From Bacillota bacterium (GTDB lineage: Bacteria; Bacillota; Limnochordia; JAAZLZ01): 63,666 nt of DNA. The notes below the pieces were generated by a model that did not search any database, was not told the DNA's origin, and saw only the letters and a program-made list of their open reading frames with translations. Location: positions 1 through 63,666 of the forward strand of contig JAAYLV010000105.1 in assembly GCA_012521755.1 (NCBI GenBank), read 5' to 3'. Position numbers and translations under genes: made by a program. Shown here in pieces: positions 18,306 through 28,396 of the stretch (position 1 is the stretch's first letter; every line of letters starts with the position of its first letter).

Positions 18306-19141
18306 TGGCTCACCACCCCCCGTCCCAGGACGGGCGACATCTTGTTAACCTGATCCATCAGCTCCCGGAACTGGGCGGGGGACAGGGACTGTTCCCCATC
18401 ACAAAGGGCTTCCCCCGGACAGGGATGGACCTCCACCATGACCCCGTCGGCCCCCGCCCCCAAGGCCGCTTTGGCCAAAGGCAGCACATAGGCGCTGTCG
18501 CCGCTGGCATGGCAAGGATCGACAATGATGGGCAGATGGCTGATGGCCTTGACTACCGGCACCGCCGCCAGGTCCAGGGTGTTGCGGGTCGCCGTCTCGT
18601 AGGTGCGGATCCCCCGCTCGCACAAGATGACCGCCGGGTTGCCCGCATCCATGATGTACTCCGCAGCCAGGAGCCACTCTTCCAAAGTCGCGGCCAGGCC
18701 CCGCTTGAGGAGCACCGGTCGGTTAGTCTTGCCGGCCCTCCTGAGGAGCGCGTAGTTTTGCATGTTGCGGGATCCGATCTGGAGAATGTCCACATAGTCG
18801 CTGACCAGAGGCACATCGCTCGCTTCGATGACTTCGCTCACCACCGGCAGGCCCGTCTCTTCCCCGGCCTCGGCAAGATAGGCCAGCCCCTCCTCCCCCA
18901 GTCCCTGGAAGCTGTAAGGGCTGGTCCTGGGCTTGAAGGCCCCTCCCCTAAGGATCGTCGCCCCTGCGGCCTTCACCAGCCGGGCTGCCTCCAGGACCTG
19001 CTCCCGGCTTTCCACCGCGCAGGGCCCGGCGATGACGGTGAGCCCCGGGCCGCCGACACTTGCGCCGCGGACGGAAACGACCGTGTCTTCCCTTTTGTGT
19101 TCTCTGCTGACCAAGCGTCCAACCAACGTTTTCGCAGCCAT
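18302..19141 (-). CDS. aroF: 3-deoxy-7-phosphoheptulonate (DAHP) synthase, type I-beta (AroF/KdsA-like)
   Basis: 'VIAGPCAVESREQ', 'LRGGAFKPRTSPYSFQG', 'IVDPCHASG'. The start is placed at the ATG at 19141, downstream of the T-box terminator; the track start at 19156 is a TTG inside the A/T run. Confidence 0.9.
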   Translation of the reverse strand: MAAKTLVGRLVSREHKREDTVVSVRGASVGGPGLTVIAGPCAVESREQVLEAARLVKAAGATILRGGAFKPRTSPYSFQGLGEEGLAYLAEAGEETGLPVVSEVIEASDVPLVSDYVDILQIGSRNMQNYALLRRAGKTNRPVLLKRGLAATLEEWLLAAEYIMDAGNPAVILCERGIRTYETATRNTLDLAAVPVVKAISHLPIIVDPCHASGDSAYVLPLAKAALGAGADGVMVEVHPCPGEALCDGEQSLSPAQFRELMDQVNKMSPVLGRGVVSQ

Positions 19142-19154
19142 GTGATCCCCCCCC

Positions 19155-19432
19155 AAAAAAAAGACTTCCCGTCCACAAGGGACGGGAAGCTAACTCCCGC
19201 GGTACCACCCAATTTGGCCTAATGGCCCACCTCAAATAGGATACCTCCCGCTTTGCAGGACCGATATCCCCTTCCTTGTAACGGCGGAAGACCCGATGGG
19301 ACCTACTGCTATCCCTTCAGCCCCACAACTCCAGGGAGAACTTCGACGGACCCTCCGGTGCCGGGCTCCCACCTAGCCCCCAGCTCTCTGGGACCTTCCA
19401 AGCCCGCCTACTTTTCCCTATCATCGCTTTCA
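19155..19432 (-). promoter_or_regulatory. T-box leader riboswitch controlling aroF-pheA, with a possible Phe (UUC) specifier
   Basis: Read on the minus strand: GA motif 'AGCGATGA', 'CAGAGAG', a distal-loop-like 'AGGTGGGAG', 'CCGTTAC', the T-box sequence 'AAATTGGGTGGTACCGCGGGAG' (about 19196-19217), then the terminator 'GCTTCCCGTCCCTTGTGGACGGGAAGTC' plus T8 (19155-19190). Confidence 0.85.
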
Positions 19433-19517
19433 GCGTATAAGATTACATTACAGTTTACCAGAATCTCTCCCGAAGGCAAGGCCGAAAAAGCCCTTTTTGA
19501 GAGGGAAATTAATCTCC

Positions 19518-20363
19518 TTACTCCTTTTTTCGTCGCCTTGGCCCGTCTAGATTCCATTTATCATTCGCATATTTTTCCCGGGCCAGCCCCCTCGCCAGCT
19601 CCTCTTCCGCGGGGGTAAGGGAGCCCCGGTCAAAGTCCACCCCCAGCTCCTCCCCCAGCCCCCGCACAATGGCGGGCCAAACATTATCAAAGCGGGGAGA
19701 GTCCAAGAGCTCACCGAGGGAAATGGCCTTGGCGGCAAATAGCTCTTGACCGAGGGCCCGCTCCCTTGGGCTGTTAAAATGCAAAAGGTCAAAGAGCTCC
19801 TCCGCCTGGAGTCTGAGGGGGAAGGAGCCGTGCTGGAGCACGGCCCGCATCCTCCTCATTTGCGCGCTGCCAACCAGCTTTCGTCCCCGGGCGACGATCT
19901 CATAGGTACAGGGAGCATCAAAGCAGGCAGCCGTCTTGCCCCCTCCCCGTCGACCGGCAGGGGCCATTTCCGCGGGGACCCCCAGACTCCGCAGGCCCCG
20001 CACCAATCCCCCGGCAATCAGCCGGTAGGCTTCCGTAACCCCCCGGGGAAGCCACGGCAGGTCCTCCGGCAAAGACAAGCTGTAGGTTACCTCCTCATCG
20101 TGGAGGATGGCCCTGCCCCCCGTCGGCCGGCGGACCAGGTCCACCCCCCGGGAGCGGCAAGCAGACAGGTCGACTTCCTCCAACCGCTGGAAATAACCCA
20201 GGGAGAGGGCCGGCGGATCCCACCTGTAGATGCGCAAGGTGGGCGGTGCTTCTTTCCGCCCAACCATAGTCATGATCGCCTCATCCACGGCCATGTTCCA
20301 AGAAGCTCGAGCCGGCCCGTCGACGAGGAGGCGCCACCGGCCGCTCACGAGCTCTTCCGCCAC
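19518..20363 (-). CDS. Lipoate-protein ligase / octanoyltransferase family protein (BPL/LPL catalytic domain, LipM/LplA-like)
   Basis: '[18 protein letters not shown]', '[10 protein letters not shown]'. Lies immediately downstream of the gcv genes. Confidence 0.8.
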   Translation of the reverse strand: MAEELVSGRWRLLVDGPARASWNMAVDEAIMTMVGRKEAPPTLRIYRWDPPALSLGYFQRLEEVDLSACRSRGVDLVRRPTGGRAILHDEEVTYSLSLPEDLPWLPRGVTEAYRLIAGGLVRGLRSLGVPAEMAPAGRRGGGKTAACFDAPCTYEIVARGRKLVGSAQMRRMRAVLQHGSFPLRLQAEELFDLLHFNSPRERALGQELFAAKAISLGELLDSPRFDNVWPAIVRGLGEELGVDFDRGSLTPAEEELARGLAREKYANDKWNLDGPRRRKKE

Positions 20364-21811
20364 CTAAGGTCCAGCTGCCGCGCCGCCCTGGTCTCATCGA
20401 GCCGCCCAACGGGGGTCGTGTGGGGCGCCGTCTTGACCGTCTCCGGATCCCGCTTCGCCTCTTCGCAAATCTCGATCATGGCCTCCACGAATTCATCGAG
20501 GGTTTCCTTCGTCTCCGTTTCTGTAGGCTCGATCATGAGCGCCTCCTCGACGATCAAGGGGAAGTAGACCGTCGGCGCGTGGTACCCGTAGTCGAGGAGC
20601 CGCTTGGCCATATCCAAGGTCCGAACCCCATACTTCTCCTTGTAGGACTTGGCCGACAGGACAAACTCATGCTTGCAGATGCGAGGATAAGGCACGTCAA
20701 AGTAGTCCTTGAGCCGCGCGAAGAGATAGTTGGCGTTGAGGACCGCATCCTCGCTCGCCCGCCGCAGCCCCTCGGGGCCCATCATCCTGATGTATGTGTA
20801 GCCGCGGACCAGGACGGCGAAGTTGCCGTAGAATCCCTTGACCATGCCGATGGACTGGGGCAGATCATAATTCAAATAGAACTTGCCGGCCTCGTCCTTC
20901 TCCACCGTCGGCACCGGCAGGAAGGGGGCGAGGCACTCCGCAACGGCGATGGGCCCGGCCCCAGGGCCGCCGCCGCCGTGGGGGGTGGAGAAGGTTTTGT
21001 GGACATTGAAATGGACCACATCGAACCCCATATCCCCCGGGCGGGAAATGCCCATGTTCGCGTTCATGTTGGCCCCATCGTAATAGACCAGGCCGCCGGC
21101 CTCGTGGACCAGCCGGGTGATGGCGAGGATGTTCTCATCATACAACCCTAGAGTATTGGGGTTGGTGAGCATCAGCCCCGCGGTTTGGGGTCCGAGGACC
21201 TCCTTTAAAGCCGCGAGGTCCACTCCTCCCCGCTCGTCGGATTTGACTTCCACGGGGATGAAGCCGCACATGGCCGCGGTTGCGGGATTGGTCCCGTGGG
21301 CAGAGTCGGGCACGATGATCTCCCGACGGGTATCGCCCTCCCCCCGGGATTCATGATAGGCCCGAATGAGAAGGAGCCCCGTGAGCTCCCCGTGGGCGCC
21401 GGCCGCGGGGTGCAAGGTCACCCGCGGGAGCCCTGCAATTTCCGCCAGGTATTCACCCAGCTCATACATCAGCTGCAGCGCCCCTTGCACCGTATCCTCC
21501 CGCTGGTAGGGATGGAGCCGGGCAAACCCCGGGAGATTGGCCGCATCCTCATTGATCTTGGGATTGTACTTCATCGTGCAAGAGCCCAAGGGGTAAAAGC
21601 CCACATCGACCCCGTGGTTGAGGCGCGACAGCTGCACGAAGTGGCGCACCACTTCCAGCTCGCCAAGCTCCGGCAAGGGCAGGGGCTCTTTGCGCAGCGC
21701 ATCCTCACCAAAAAGCTCCTCCAGGGGCTTTTTCGGCACATCACACTCAGGCACCCGGTAGCCTACCCGGCCCGGGGAGCCCATCTCAAACAACAACGGT
21801 ACTTGGGCCAT
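20345..21811 (-). CDS. gcvPB: Glycine dehydrogenase (decarboxylating) subunit 2
   Basis: PLP-lysine region '[18 protein letters not shown]'. The start is placed at the ATG at 21811, 2 nt after the gcvPA stop, with GGGGGAGGTG upstream; the track ORF extends to 21880. Confidence 0.93.
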   Translation of the reverse strand: MAQVPLLFEMGSPGRVGYRVPECDVPKKPLEELFGEDALRKEPLPLPELGELEVVRHFVQLSRLNHGVDVGFYPLGSCTMKYNPKINEDAANLPGFARLHPYQREDTVQGALQLMYELGEYLAEIAGLPRVTLHPAAGAHGELTGLLLIRAYHESRGEGDTRREIIVPDSAHGTNPATAAMCGFIPVEVKSDERGGVDLAALKEVLGPQTAGLMLTNPNTLGLYDENILAITRLVHEAGGLVYYDGANMNANMGISRPGDMGFDVVHFNVHKTFSTPHGGGGPGAGPIAVAECLAPFLPVPTVEKDEAGKFYLNYDLPQSIGMVKGFYGNFAVLVRGYTYIRMMGPEGLRRASEDAVLNANYLFARLKDYFDVPYPRICKHEFVLSAKSYKEKYGVRTLDMAKRLLDYGYHAPTVYFPLIVEEALMIEPTETETKETLDEFVEAMIEICEEAKRDPETVKTAPHTTPVGRLDETRAARQLDLRWRKSS

Positions 21812-21813
21812 GA

Positions 21814-23151
21814 CTACACCTCCCCCAAAGCCGACACCAGGGCGTCGATCTGTTCCTTCGTGCGGGCCTCGGTAACACAAAACAGCATGCCCGCCTCAAG
21901 CTCCGGATACAGCTTCTTCAGGGGCAGCCCCCCGATAATTTTCTTCTGCAGGAGATGATCGTCAATCTCCTCAGCATCCCCAGCGCAGCTAACAGCGAAC
22001 TCCTTGAAGAATGGCCCCTTAAACATCGGGGCAAAGCCCTCCAAGGCGGTGATTTTCTCCCAGGCGTAGCGGGCCTTCCAGGCGCACTGGGATGCGATCT
22101 CCTTGAGCCCCGCCGGCCCCACCAAAGCCAGGTAGACGGTGGCCGCCAAGGCATTTAGGGCTTGGTTCGAGCAAATATTGGAAGTTGCCCGCTCCCGGCG
22201 GATATGCTGTTCCCGGGCCTGGAGGGTGAGGACAAATCCCCGGCGCCCCTTGCTGTCCACCGTGGCTCCTGCAATCCGCCCCGGCATCCTGCGAACCAAG
22301 TTCTCCCTCGCGGCAAAGAAGCCCAAGTAGGGCCCGCCGAAGCTGATTTGGTTGCCGAGGGCCTGTCCTTCGCCAACGACAATGTCCGCGCCGTAATCCG
22401 CCGGGGCCTTGAGGATCCCCAGAGAGATGGGATCGACGCAGGCCACGAGGAGGGCGCCTGCCCCGTGGACCAGATCGGCCAGAGCATCTACCGGCTCCAA
22501 GCAGCCGAAGAAGTTTGGATGCTGGACCAGGACGCCGGCAACCTCCTCATTGAGATGCTCTTTGAGGATGTCCAGGCACATGGCCCCGTCCGGGGCGGGA
22601 ATTTCCACAAGCTCCAGATCCCTGCTTCGCAGGTAGGTAGCCACCACCTGCCGGTAGACGGGATGGATGGTAGTCGGCGCCAAAACTTTCCCCCGCCTTG
22701 TTGCCCCGCAAGTCATGATAGCCGCTTCCGCAAGGGCCGTCGGCCCATCGTACATGGAGGCGTTGGCCACATCCATGCCCGTCAACAGACAGATCATCGA
22801 TTGGTATTCGTAAATAGCCTGGAGCACGCCCTGGCTGATCTCCGCCTGGTAGGGCGTGTAGGCGGTGAGAAACTCCGAGCGGCTCAAAATGTGGCCGATG
22901 GCCCGGGGAACCAGGTGATCATAGGCGCCGGCGCCGCGAAAGCACACATACTCATCGAGATTGGCGTTGCGACTGCTAAGTTCGAGGAGGTGGGGCCAGA
23001 TTTCCCCCTCCGTCATCGCCTCAGGCAGGTTCAGCTTCCCTTGGAACCGGGCCTGGGGAGGCACATCCTGAAAAAGCTGCTCCACCGCTTCCAATCCAAG
23101 GGCATCCAGCATCCCTTGCCTGTCTTGATCGGTAACCGGGGTAAAACCCAT
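21814..23151 (-). CDS. gcvPA: Glycine dehydrogenase (decarboxylating) subunit 1
   Basis: '[15 protein letters not shown]', and the order gcvT-gcvH-gcvPA-gcvPB. Confidence 0.93.
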   Translation of the reverse strand: MGFTPVTDQDRQGMLDALGLEAVEQLFQDVPPQARFQGKLNLPEAMTEGEIWPHLLELSSRNANLDEYVCFRGAGAYDHLVPRAIGHILSRSEFLTAYTPYQAEISQGVLQAIYEYQSMICLLTGMDVANASMYDGPTALAEAAIMTCGATRRGKVLAPTTIHPVYRQVVATYLRSRDLELVEIPAPDGAMCLDILKEHLNEEVAGVLVQHPNFFGCLEPVDALADLVHGAGALLVACVDPISLGILKAPADYGADIVVGEGQALGNQISFGGPYLGFFAARENLVRRMPGRIAGATVDSKGRRGFVLTLQAREQHIRRERATSNICSNQALNALAATVYLALVGPAGLKEIASQCAWKARYAWEKITALEGFAPMFKGPFFKEFAVSCAGDAEEIDDHLLQKKIIGGLPLKKLYPELEAGMLFCVTEARTKEQIDALVSALGEV

Positions 23152-23176
23152 TTGCTGTACACCTCCCTGGCAAGCT

Positions 23177-23554
23177 TTATCCTTCGACTAGCGCTCGGTA
23201 CCCATCGGCGCTGAGCAGCCCTTCCAACTCCTTCGGGTCCTCAACTTCAATCTCCGCGATCCAGCCCTCCCCATAAGGATCTTGGTTGATGAGCTCCGGG
23301 CTGTCCTCCAGCTTCTCATTGACCTTGACGATCTGGCCGCTTATGGGCGAGTAAATGTCCGACACCGCTTTGACCGACTCCACAACCCCCAGGGAGTCGG
23401 TGGCTTTAATGCTGTCGCCCACTGCCGGAAGCTCAACGAAGACAACGTCCCCCAATTCCTTCTGGGCAAAGTCCGTGATCCCCACCCGCGCGATGTTCCC
23501 CTCAACCCGCACCCACTCATGTTCCTCCGTGTACTTCAGTTCCGCTGGATACAT
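23177..23554 (-). CDS. gcvH: Glycine cleavage system H protein
   Basis: Lipoyl-lysine motif 'VESVKAVSDIYSPISG'. 125 aa. Confidence 0.95.
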   Translation of the reverse strand: MYPAELKYTEEHEWVRVEGNIARVGITDFAQKELGDVVFVELPAVGDSIKATDSLGVVESVKAVSDIYSPISGQIVKVNEKLEDSPELINQDPYGEGWIAEIEVEDPKELEGLLSADGYRALVEG

Positions 23555-23570
23555 GCTAAAGACCCCTTTC

Positions 23571-24671
23571 TCAGCGTTTTACCGACGGCTTAATGAAAGG
23601 CCTCTTGACTATCTGGGCCTTGCTGGGCTTGTTGCGAATCAAAACCTCAAGCTCCGTGCCGGCCCCGGCAAGGTCGGCCCGCACATAGGCCATGCCGATG
23701 GCCTCGCCCAAAGAAGGAGACATGGTCCCGGAAGTGACAACCCCTACTTCTTCTCCTCCCCGTTGGATCGGATACCCATGCCTCGGTATCCCCCGCTCGA
23801 GCATCTTAAACCCTGCCAGACGGCGGCTGACGCCCTTTTCCTTGGCAGCCGCCAGGGCTTGTTTGCCGATGAAATCCCCTTTGTCCCAGGCCACCACCCA
23901 GCCAAGACCTGCTTCCAGGGGGTTTGTCGTCTCATCGATGTCATTCCCGTAGAGAGTATATCCAGCTTCCAGCCGCAAGGTGTCCCGGGCCCCAAGGCCG
24001 GCGGGCTCAAGATCTTCTCCCCCCGCCTCCAGCAGCGCATCCCAGACTCTCTCCACATGCTCAGCGGGCATGTAGATTTCAAATCCATCCTCGCCGGTGT
24101 AGCCGGTCCGGGACAGGAGACACGAAAGGCCAGCAAACTCCCCTTCGGTATGGGTGAAATAGCCAAGGGCCCCGAGATCCACATCGGTCAAGGTGCGGCA
24201 GATCCCTTCGGCCTTCGGCCCCTGGACCGCGATCAGCCCCATCCCGTCCGATGCATCGACCAACTCCGCCCGGCCCTTGTTTACCTCTTGGAGCCACTCC
24301 CAGTCTTTCTCCCTGTTGGCCGCATTCACCACCAGGAGAAAATCCTCCCCTCGCCGGTAGACGATGATGTCATCGATGATGCCCCCATCGGGCCGACAAA
24401 AGAGGGAATACTGGGCTTTTCCCTCCGGCAAGGTCGATGCATCGTTAGTCGTTGCCTCTTGAAGCACTTCCAGGGCCCGCTCCCCGCGGACGGTGATCTC
24501 GCCCATGTGGCAAAGATCGAAGATCCCAGCCTTGGTGCGCACCGCGCGGTGCTCTTCCAAGATCCCCTGGTAGGATACCGGCATCAACCAGCCCCCAAAC
24601 TCGACGAATTTCGCCCCCAGCCCTTCATGGCGCAAGTACAGGGGGGTCTTTCTCGCGGCCATACCCGCCAC
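23571..24671 (-). CDS. gcvT: Aminomethyltransferase (glycine cleavage T protein)
   Basis: 'RKTPLYLRHEGLGAKFVEFGGWLMPVSY', 'GIFDLCHMGEI'. Confidence 0.93.
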   Translation of the reverse strand: MAGMAARKTPLYLRHEGLGAKFVEFGGWLMPVSYQGILEEHRAVRTKAGIFDLCHMGEITVRGERALEVLQEATTNDASTLPEGKAQYSLFCRPDGGIIDDIIVYRRGEDFLLVVNAANREKDWEWLQEVNKGRAELVDASDGMGLIAVQGPKAEGICRTLTDVDLGALGYFTHTEGEFAGLSCLLSRTGYTGEDGFEIYMPAEHVERVWDALLEAGGEDLEPAGLGARDTLRLEAGYTLYGNDIDETTNPLEAGLGWVVAWDKGDFIGKQALAAAKEKGVSRRLAGFKMLERGIPRHGYPIQRGGEEVGVVTSGTMSPSLGEAIGMAYVRADLAGAGTELEVLIRNKPSKAQIVKRPFIKPSVKR

Positions 24672-24869
24672 CTCCTATCAATATGCTCAAGGGTCGCCCG
24701 CCTCTCCCCTCAGTAACCGAAAGTCCCCCGCCGCTATATACTGAAGCAAGGGAGCCATCGACGAAAATTGCCGAGAGGGAGGAAAAACTATGGTGCGCCT
24801 TTTGCAGTGCCTATTAAATCCCTTGCTGGCCTGGCGCAAACGAACCATCATCATCGTCTACAAGCGGGG

Positions 24870-25793
24870 CTATCGCTGACCATAGACTGGTGTGCACCAA
24901 TGCCGGTACTTGGGCACCTCGCCTTTGACCACCCGGAAGTAGAGCTCTTGCACTTGCCGGCTGATGGGGCCGATGGCGCCATCACCTAAGGGACGGCCGT
25001 CGATTTCCACGATGGGGCTCACCTGGGCGCCGGTGCCCACGAAGAAGGCCTCATCAGCCACGTAAAGCTCCGTCCGGTCAACGACCCGCTCACACACCTT
25101 AAGGCCCAGCTCCTCCCTGGCCAGGACGATGATGGTCTCCCGGGTCACCCCTTCCAAGATGTCCGAGGTCACCGCAGGGGTAATCAGCTCCCCATCCCTG
25201 ACCAGGAATAGATTCTCCGCGCTTCCCTCGGAAACATGGCCATCCGCGGTGAGGAAGATGGCTTCATCGTAGCCGTCATCTAAGGCTTCACTCTTGGCCA
25301 GGGCCGCATTCACATAGGCCCCAACGACCTTCGCCCGCATGGGGATGCTGTTGTCCCCCAGGTGGACCCAGCTGGACACCTTCGCCCGCAGCCCCTTGCT
25401 AAGGTCCAGATACTCCCCAAAGGGGATGGCAAACAGGACGAATCCATCGGCAATGCCCGTCAGCTTCACGCCAATGACCTGGTCCTTTTTGTAGACCATG
25501 GGCCGGATGTAGCAGTCTTCCTTGAAGCCGCACCGCCTGAGGAGCTCTACCGTAAGATCCATCAGCTCCCCGAGGCAGTAGCCCGGGGACATCCGCAGGA
25601 TCCTGCAGGAGCGCTCCAAGCGCCGGTAGTGCTCTTCCATGCGGAAGATGAACAGTTCTTCTTCCTCCCGGGACCAGTAGGCCCTGATGCCTTCGAAACA
25701 GCCGGTGCCATACAGGAACCCGTGGGTCATGACACTTATCTTTGCCTCTTCGAGAGGGACGAACTCTCCTTCAAAAAATACGTATAGCTGCAA
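24870..25793 (-). CDS. ilvE: Branched-chain amino acid aminotransferase
   Basis: 'FLYGTGCFEGIRAY' and 'EGSAENLFLV' (fold-type IV PLP enzyme). The likely start is the TTG at 25793 (GGAGG 9 nt upstream). The Arg-rich extension to 25898 looks spurious. Confidence 0.88.
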   Translation of the reverse strand: MQLYVFFEGEFVPLEEAKISVMTHGFLYGTGCFEGIRAYWSREEEELFIFRMEEHYRRLERSCRILRMSPGYCLGELMDLTVELLRRCGFKEDCYIRPMVYKKDQVIGVKLTGIADGFVLFAIPFGEYLDLSKGLRAKVSSWVHLGDNSIPMRAKVVGAYVNAALAKSEALDDGYDEAIFLTADGHVSEGSAENLFLVRDGELITPAVTSDILEGVTRETIIVLAREELGLKVCERVVDRTELYVADEAFFVGTGAQVSPIVEIDGRPLGDGAIGPISRQVQELYFRVVKGEVPKYRHWCTPVYGQR

Positions 25794-25866
25794 CCGCAAG
25801 CGCCTCCTTCCCCCGCGCTTGGCAAGGGACCTTCGCCGTGTCATAATATCAGGGGGTGCGAATAAG

Positions 25867-26550
25867 TTGCTGTCTAGAGAGAATCGGTTGCTGGACATTT
25901 ACCGGCGACTGTTTGCTTGTTATGGTCCCCAAGGTTGGTGGCCGGCCGAGACACCCTTTGAAATGTGCGTCGGTGCCATCCTCACCCAGGCCACCGCTTG
26001 GCGGAATGTGGAAATTGCAGTTAGACAACTGCGGGATAACAACCTCCTTTCGCCAGGAAGCCTCATCGCCGCCGGGGAAGAGCTCATCGCCCAGCTCATC
26101 CGGCCTAGCGGCTACTACCGGCAGAAGGCGAAAAGGCTCATCGCCCTTGACCGGTACATCCTCTCCCGGGGCAGCTCCATGGACTGGCTCAAGGAGGAGG
26201 ATCCACAAAGACTCCGCCAGGAGCTTCTCGCCGTCCATGGCATCGGCCCGGAAACGGCCGATTCCATTTTGCTGTATGCAGGAGGCCATCCAGTATTTGT
26301 GGTCGACAGTTACACAGGAAGGATGCTGCTTCGCCTGGGTCTGATCCAGCCGCCCCCGGATTACCACCGGATCCAGCAAATGTTCATGGACCAGTTGCCG
26401 CGGGATCCGGCCCTCTACCAGGAATACCACGCCCTCATCGTCGCCTTGGGCAAACAGGCCTGCAATCCCAAGCCAAAGTGCGGATTATGTCCGTTGGGGG
26501 ACATTTGTCCAACCCACGCCATGCCTGAATCTACCTTTCCACGAGGTTGA
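25867..26550 (+). CDS. Endonuclease III-related HhH-GPD DNA glycosylase-fold protein with a C-terminal 4-Cys cluster
   Basis: 'HGIGPETADSILLY' (HhH-GPD) and 'CNPKPKCGLCPLGDIC'. The likely start is the TTG at 25867 after AGGGGGTG. The track ORF start at 25687 overlaps ilvE. Confidence 0.8.
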   Translation: MLSRENRLLDIYRRLFACYGPQGWWPAETPFEMCVGAILTQATAWRNVEIAVRQLRDNNLLSPGSLIAAGEELIAQLIRPSGYYRQKAKRLIALDRYILSRGSSMDWLKEEDPQRLRQELLAVHGIGPETADSILLYAGGHPVFVVDSYTGRMLLRLGLIQPPPDYHRIQQMFMDQLPRDPALYQEYHALIVALGKQACNPKPKCGLCPLGDICPTHAMPESTFPRG

Positions 26551-26580
26551 GGGAAATCCTCCTTTAAGGAGCTGATCTCT

Positions 26581-27600
26581 TTATCGCCAACGCCTGGTGA
26601 GGAGGAGAAGCAGGAGGAAGAGCCCCAAGTACCCGTACAGGGGGTAAAAGAGGGCAATCAGACGGGAGAAGCCCACCGTCGTCCAGGGGTGGGCGGCAAG
26701 ACACAAGGCCAACCCCCGCCATGGGGCCTTCAGGAAGGTTAAGCGGCCGGCCAGGGCATTGGCATTGGCCAGGGCGGTGGTCAGCATCGCGGCCCAGAGG
26801 ATGAGGGCGTAGCCTCCTTGAAAAAGGGGCCCTCCCAAGGCCGCGGCGTTGAGGAGGGGAAACTCGCCGTAAGGGTTGGCCGTCAACAGGAGGGTCAAGG
26901 TGCAGCTCTCCAAGGCTGCCCCCAGGCCAAGACCCCCCCAGAGCCCCGCCCAAGGGGCCTGCCTGCGGGGGATCTCATCGGCAAGGCTGGTCAGCACGCC
27001 GATGGCCGGGCCCGTATTGTAGGAGACATAAAGGAGGGCGGCGAGCCACCAGGGAGGGAAGGTCGCGGCGCGGATGGCCCCGCCGGCCGGGTTTGCCGCG
27101 CAAAGGCCGAGGACCGCAAGGCATCCGGCAAGGAGGGCCGGCACCAAAAGGAGGCTCGCCCCAAGGAGTCCCTGGTTGCCGCTGGCGGTGATCCCGCCCA
27201 CCAGCAGGACCATGACCCATGGGCCAAAGGGCGGGGGGAGCCCCAGCTCCTCTAGGATGCGGCCCGAGCCTGACAGCATGATGGCCAGGCCAATGAAGAG
27301 GAATCCGGTGAGCAACAGATCGTACATCCTCCCCAGCCGACGGCCGCACAGGTGGTAGAGGACCGTCTGATAGGATTTGGCCTTCATCTCCTGGGCCAGG
27401 ATCAATGTCTCCCCCCCGATGAGGGCGAACAACCCCGCGGCCAATGCGGCGCCGAGAAGCCCTTTTTCGCCGAAGACGGCAAAGAACTGGAGGATCTCCT
27501 GACCCGAGGCGAAGCCCGCGCCGATGATCGCGCCAATGTAAGTCAGGGCAACCTGCCAGATGATGCCCACCACCCCTCCCGAAGGCCAGTTGTCATTCAA
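26581..27600 (-). CDS. YkvI-family polytopic membrane protein (transporter-like)
   Basis: 'TYIGAIIGAGFASGQEILQFF' matches the YkvI family N-terminus and the rest is hydrophobic. The start is uncertain (27573-27702). The longest ORF would abut the divergent yyaC start and leave no promoter space. Confidence 0.7.
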   Translation of the reverse strand: MNDNWPSGGVVGIIWQVALTYIGAIIGAGFASGQEILQFFAVFGEKGLLGAALAAGLFALIGGETLILAQEMKAKSYQTVLYHLCGRRLGRMYDLLLTGFLFIGLAIMLSGSGRILEELGLPPPFGPWVMVLLVGGITASGNQGLLGASLLLVPALLAGCLAVLGLCAANPAGGAIRAATFPPWWLAALLYVSYNTGPAIGVLTSLADEIPRRQAPWAGLWGGLGLGAALESCTLTLLLTANPYGEFPLLNAAALGGPLFQGGYALILWAAMLTTALANANALAGRLTFLKAPWRGLALCLAAHPWTTVGFSRLIALFYPLYGYLGLFLLLLLLTRRWR

Positions 27601-27700
27601 GTCTATGCTGGAAGGCCTTGGGGGATGAGCCAATGGTATAAGTCCCCTCGCCCAGGCATATACTGTCGATGGACAACGCCTTCGGAAAGGACGGAAAGGC

Positions 27701-28396
27701 ATGACGCAACGAGGTGCTCCTGGCTCGGGGAGGCAGCGGGCCCGCGTCCACTATGCCCATCCCTTTGCCGCGGAGATGATCGCCGCGGAGGTATCCGCCC
27801 AGCTGGCCGCCTTCCCCAGGAAGGCTCCCGTCATCATTTGCATCGGCACCGACCGCTCGACGGGGGATTCGTTGGGTCCCTTGGTGGGCTCCCAGCTGAA
27901 TGCCGCCTTCAGGGGGGAGCTTCCTGTTTACGGCACATTAGATGAGCCCGTCCATGCCACCAATTTGCTGGAGCATCTGCTCCACGTGGAACAAGTCCAT
28001 CCCGATGTCCCCGTCTTGGCCGTCGATGCTTGTCTTGGGGCAACGGACAGCGTGGGGATGATCAGCGTCAAGGAAGGCCCCCTGCTGCCGGGGACCGGCG
28101 TGAACAAGGAACTGCCCCCCGTTGGGCATTTCCACATCGTCGGGGTGGTCAACGTGGCGGGGTTCATGGAGTTTTTCGTCCTACAGAACACACGTTTGTC
28201 TATGGTCATGAAAATGGCCCAGACCATATGTTCTGGGCTCAAGTTAGGTTTGCAGAATCTCCAATTGCCGTCCCCGGGGGTCCGCCCCCTCAGCGGCCCT
28301 TTAGACGCCTTTGCAGCTCAGCCAGGATCTCAGCCGGCGATCGACCGGCCCCGTTCAAAATGGGCGCCTTTGTCGAAGTGGTCTGGATCCCCATAG
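27701..28396 (+). CDS. yyaC: Spore protease YyaC (GPR/HybD-like endopeptidase family)
   Basis: 'VIICIGTDRSTGDSLGPLVG', 'VLAVDACLG'. Conserved neighbourhood with spo0J/soj. Confidence 0.88.
   Translation: MTQRGAPGSGRQRARVHYAHPFAAEMIAAEVSAQLAAFPRKAPVIICIGTDRSTGDSLGPLVGSQLNAAFRGELPVYGTLDEPVHATNLLEHLLHVEQVHPDVPVLAVDACLGATDSVGMISVKEGPLLPGTGVNKELPPVGHFHIVGVVNVAGFMEFFVLQNTRLSMVMKMAQTICSGLKLGLQNLQLPSPGVRPLSGPLDAFAAQPGSQPAIDRPRSKWAPLSKWSGSP
27978..27993. promoter_or_regulatory. parS-like palindrome inside yyaC
   Basis: TGCTCCACGTGGAACA versus the symmetric parS form TGTTCCACGTGGAACA: one mismatch, at position 3. Confidence 0.5.

Noticed and set aside
22162-24716. Very long ORFs antisense to annotated genes. 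Examples: 22162-23214 (350 aa), 23355-24716 (453 aa), 6414-7340 (308 aa), 29880-30854 (324 aa), 52813-53985 (390 aa), 59551-60699 (382 aa), 60761-61633 (290 aa), 55804-56637 (277 aa) and 13496-14248 (250 aa).
   Set aside because: Each lies opposite a gene with unmistakable family motifs. Their translations are Arg/Pro/Gly/His-rich low-complexity strings with no recognisable domain. Stop-codon depletion on the antisense strand of GC-rich coding DNA explains them.
24672-24869. A possible glycine riboswitch upstream of gcvT, which is common for gcvT operons in Firmicutes.
   Set aside because: The minus strand contains a 'GGGGAGAG' and an 'AAAAGG' element. It lacks the conserved 'CACCGAAGGGGCAA' / 'CUCAGGCAAAAGGAC' cores, tandem aptamers and an obvious expression platform. 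A cmscan with RF00504 would settle it.
25687-25898. The N-terminal extensions of the divergent ilvE (to 25898) and endonuclease III-like (from 25687) track ORFs, which would overlap by about 210 nt.
   Set aside because: Both extensions are Arg/Ser-rich with no homology signal. Internal TTG starts with good Shine-Dalgarno sequences (25793 and 25867) give family-typical N-termini and restore an intergenic promoter region. The same reasoning was applied to gcvPB, mnmG, glyA, dnaA, aroF, larC and rtcB.
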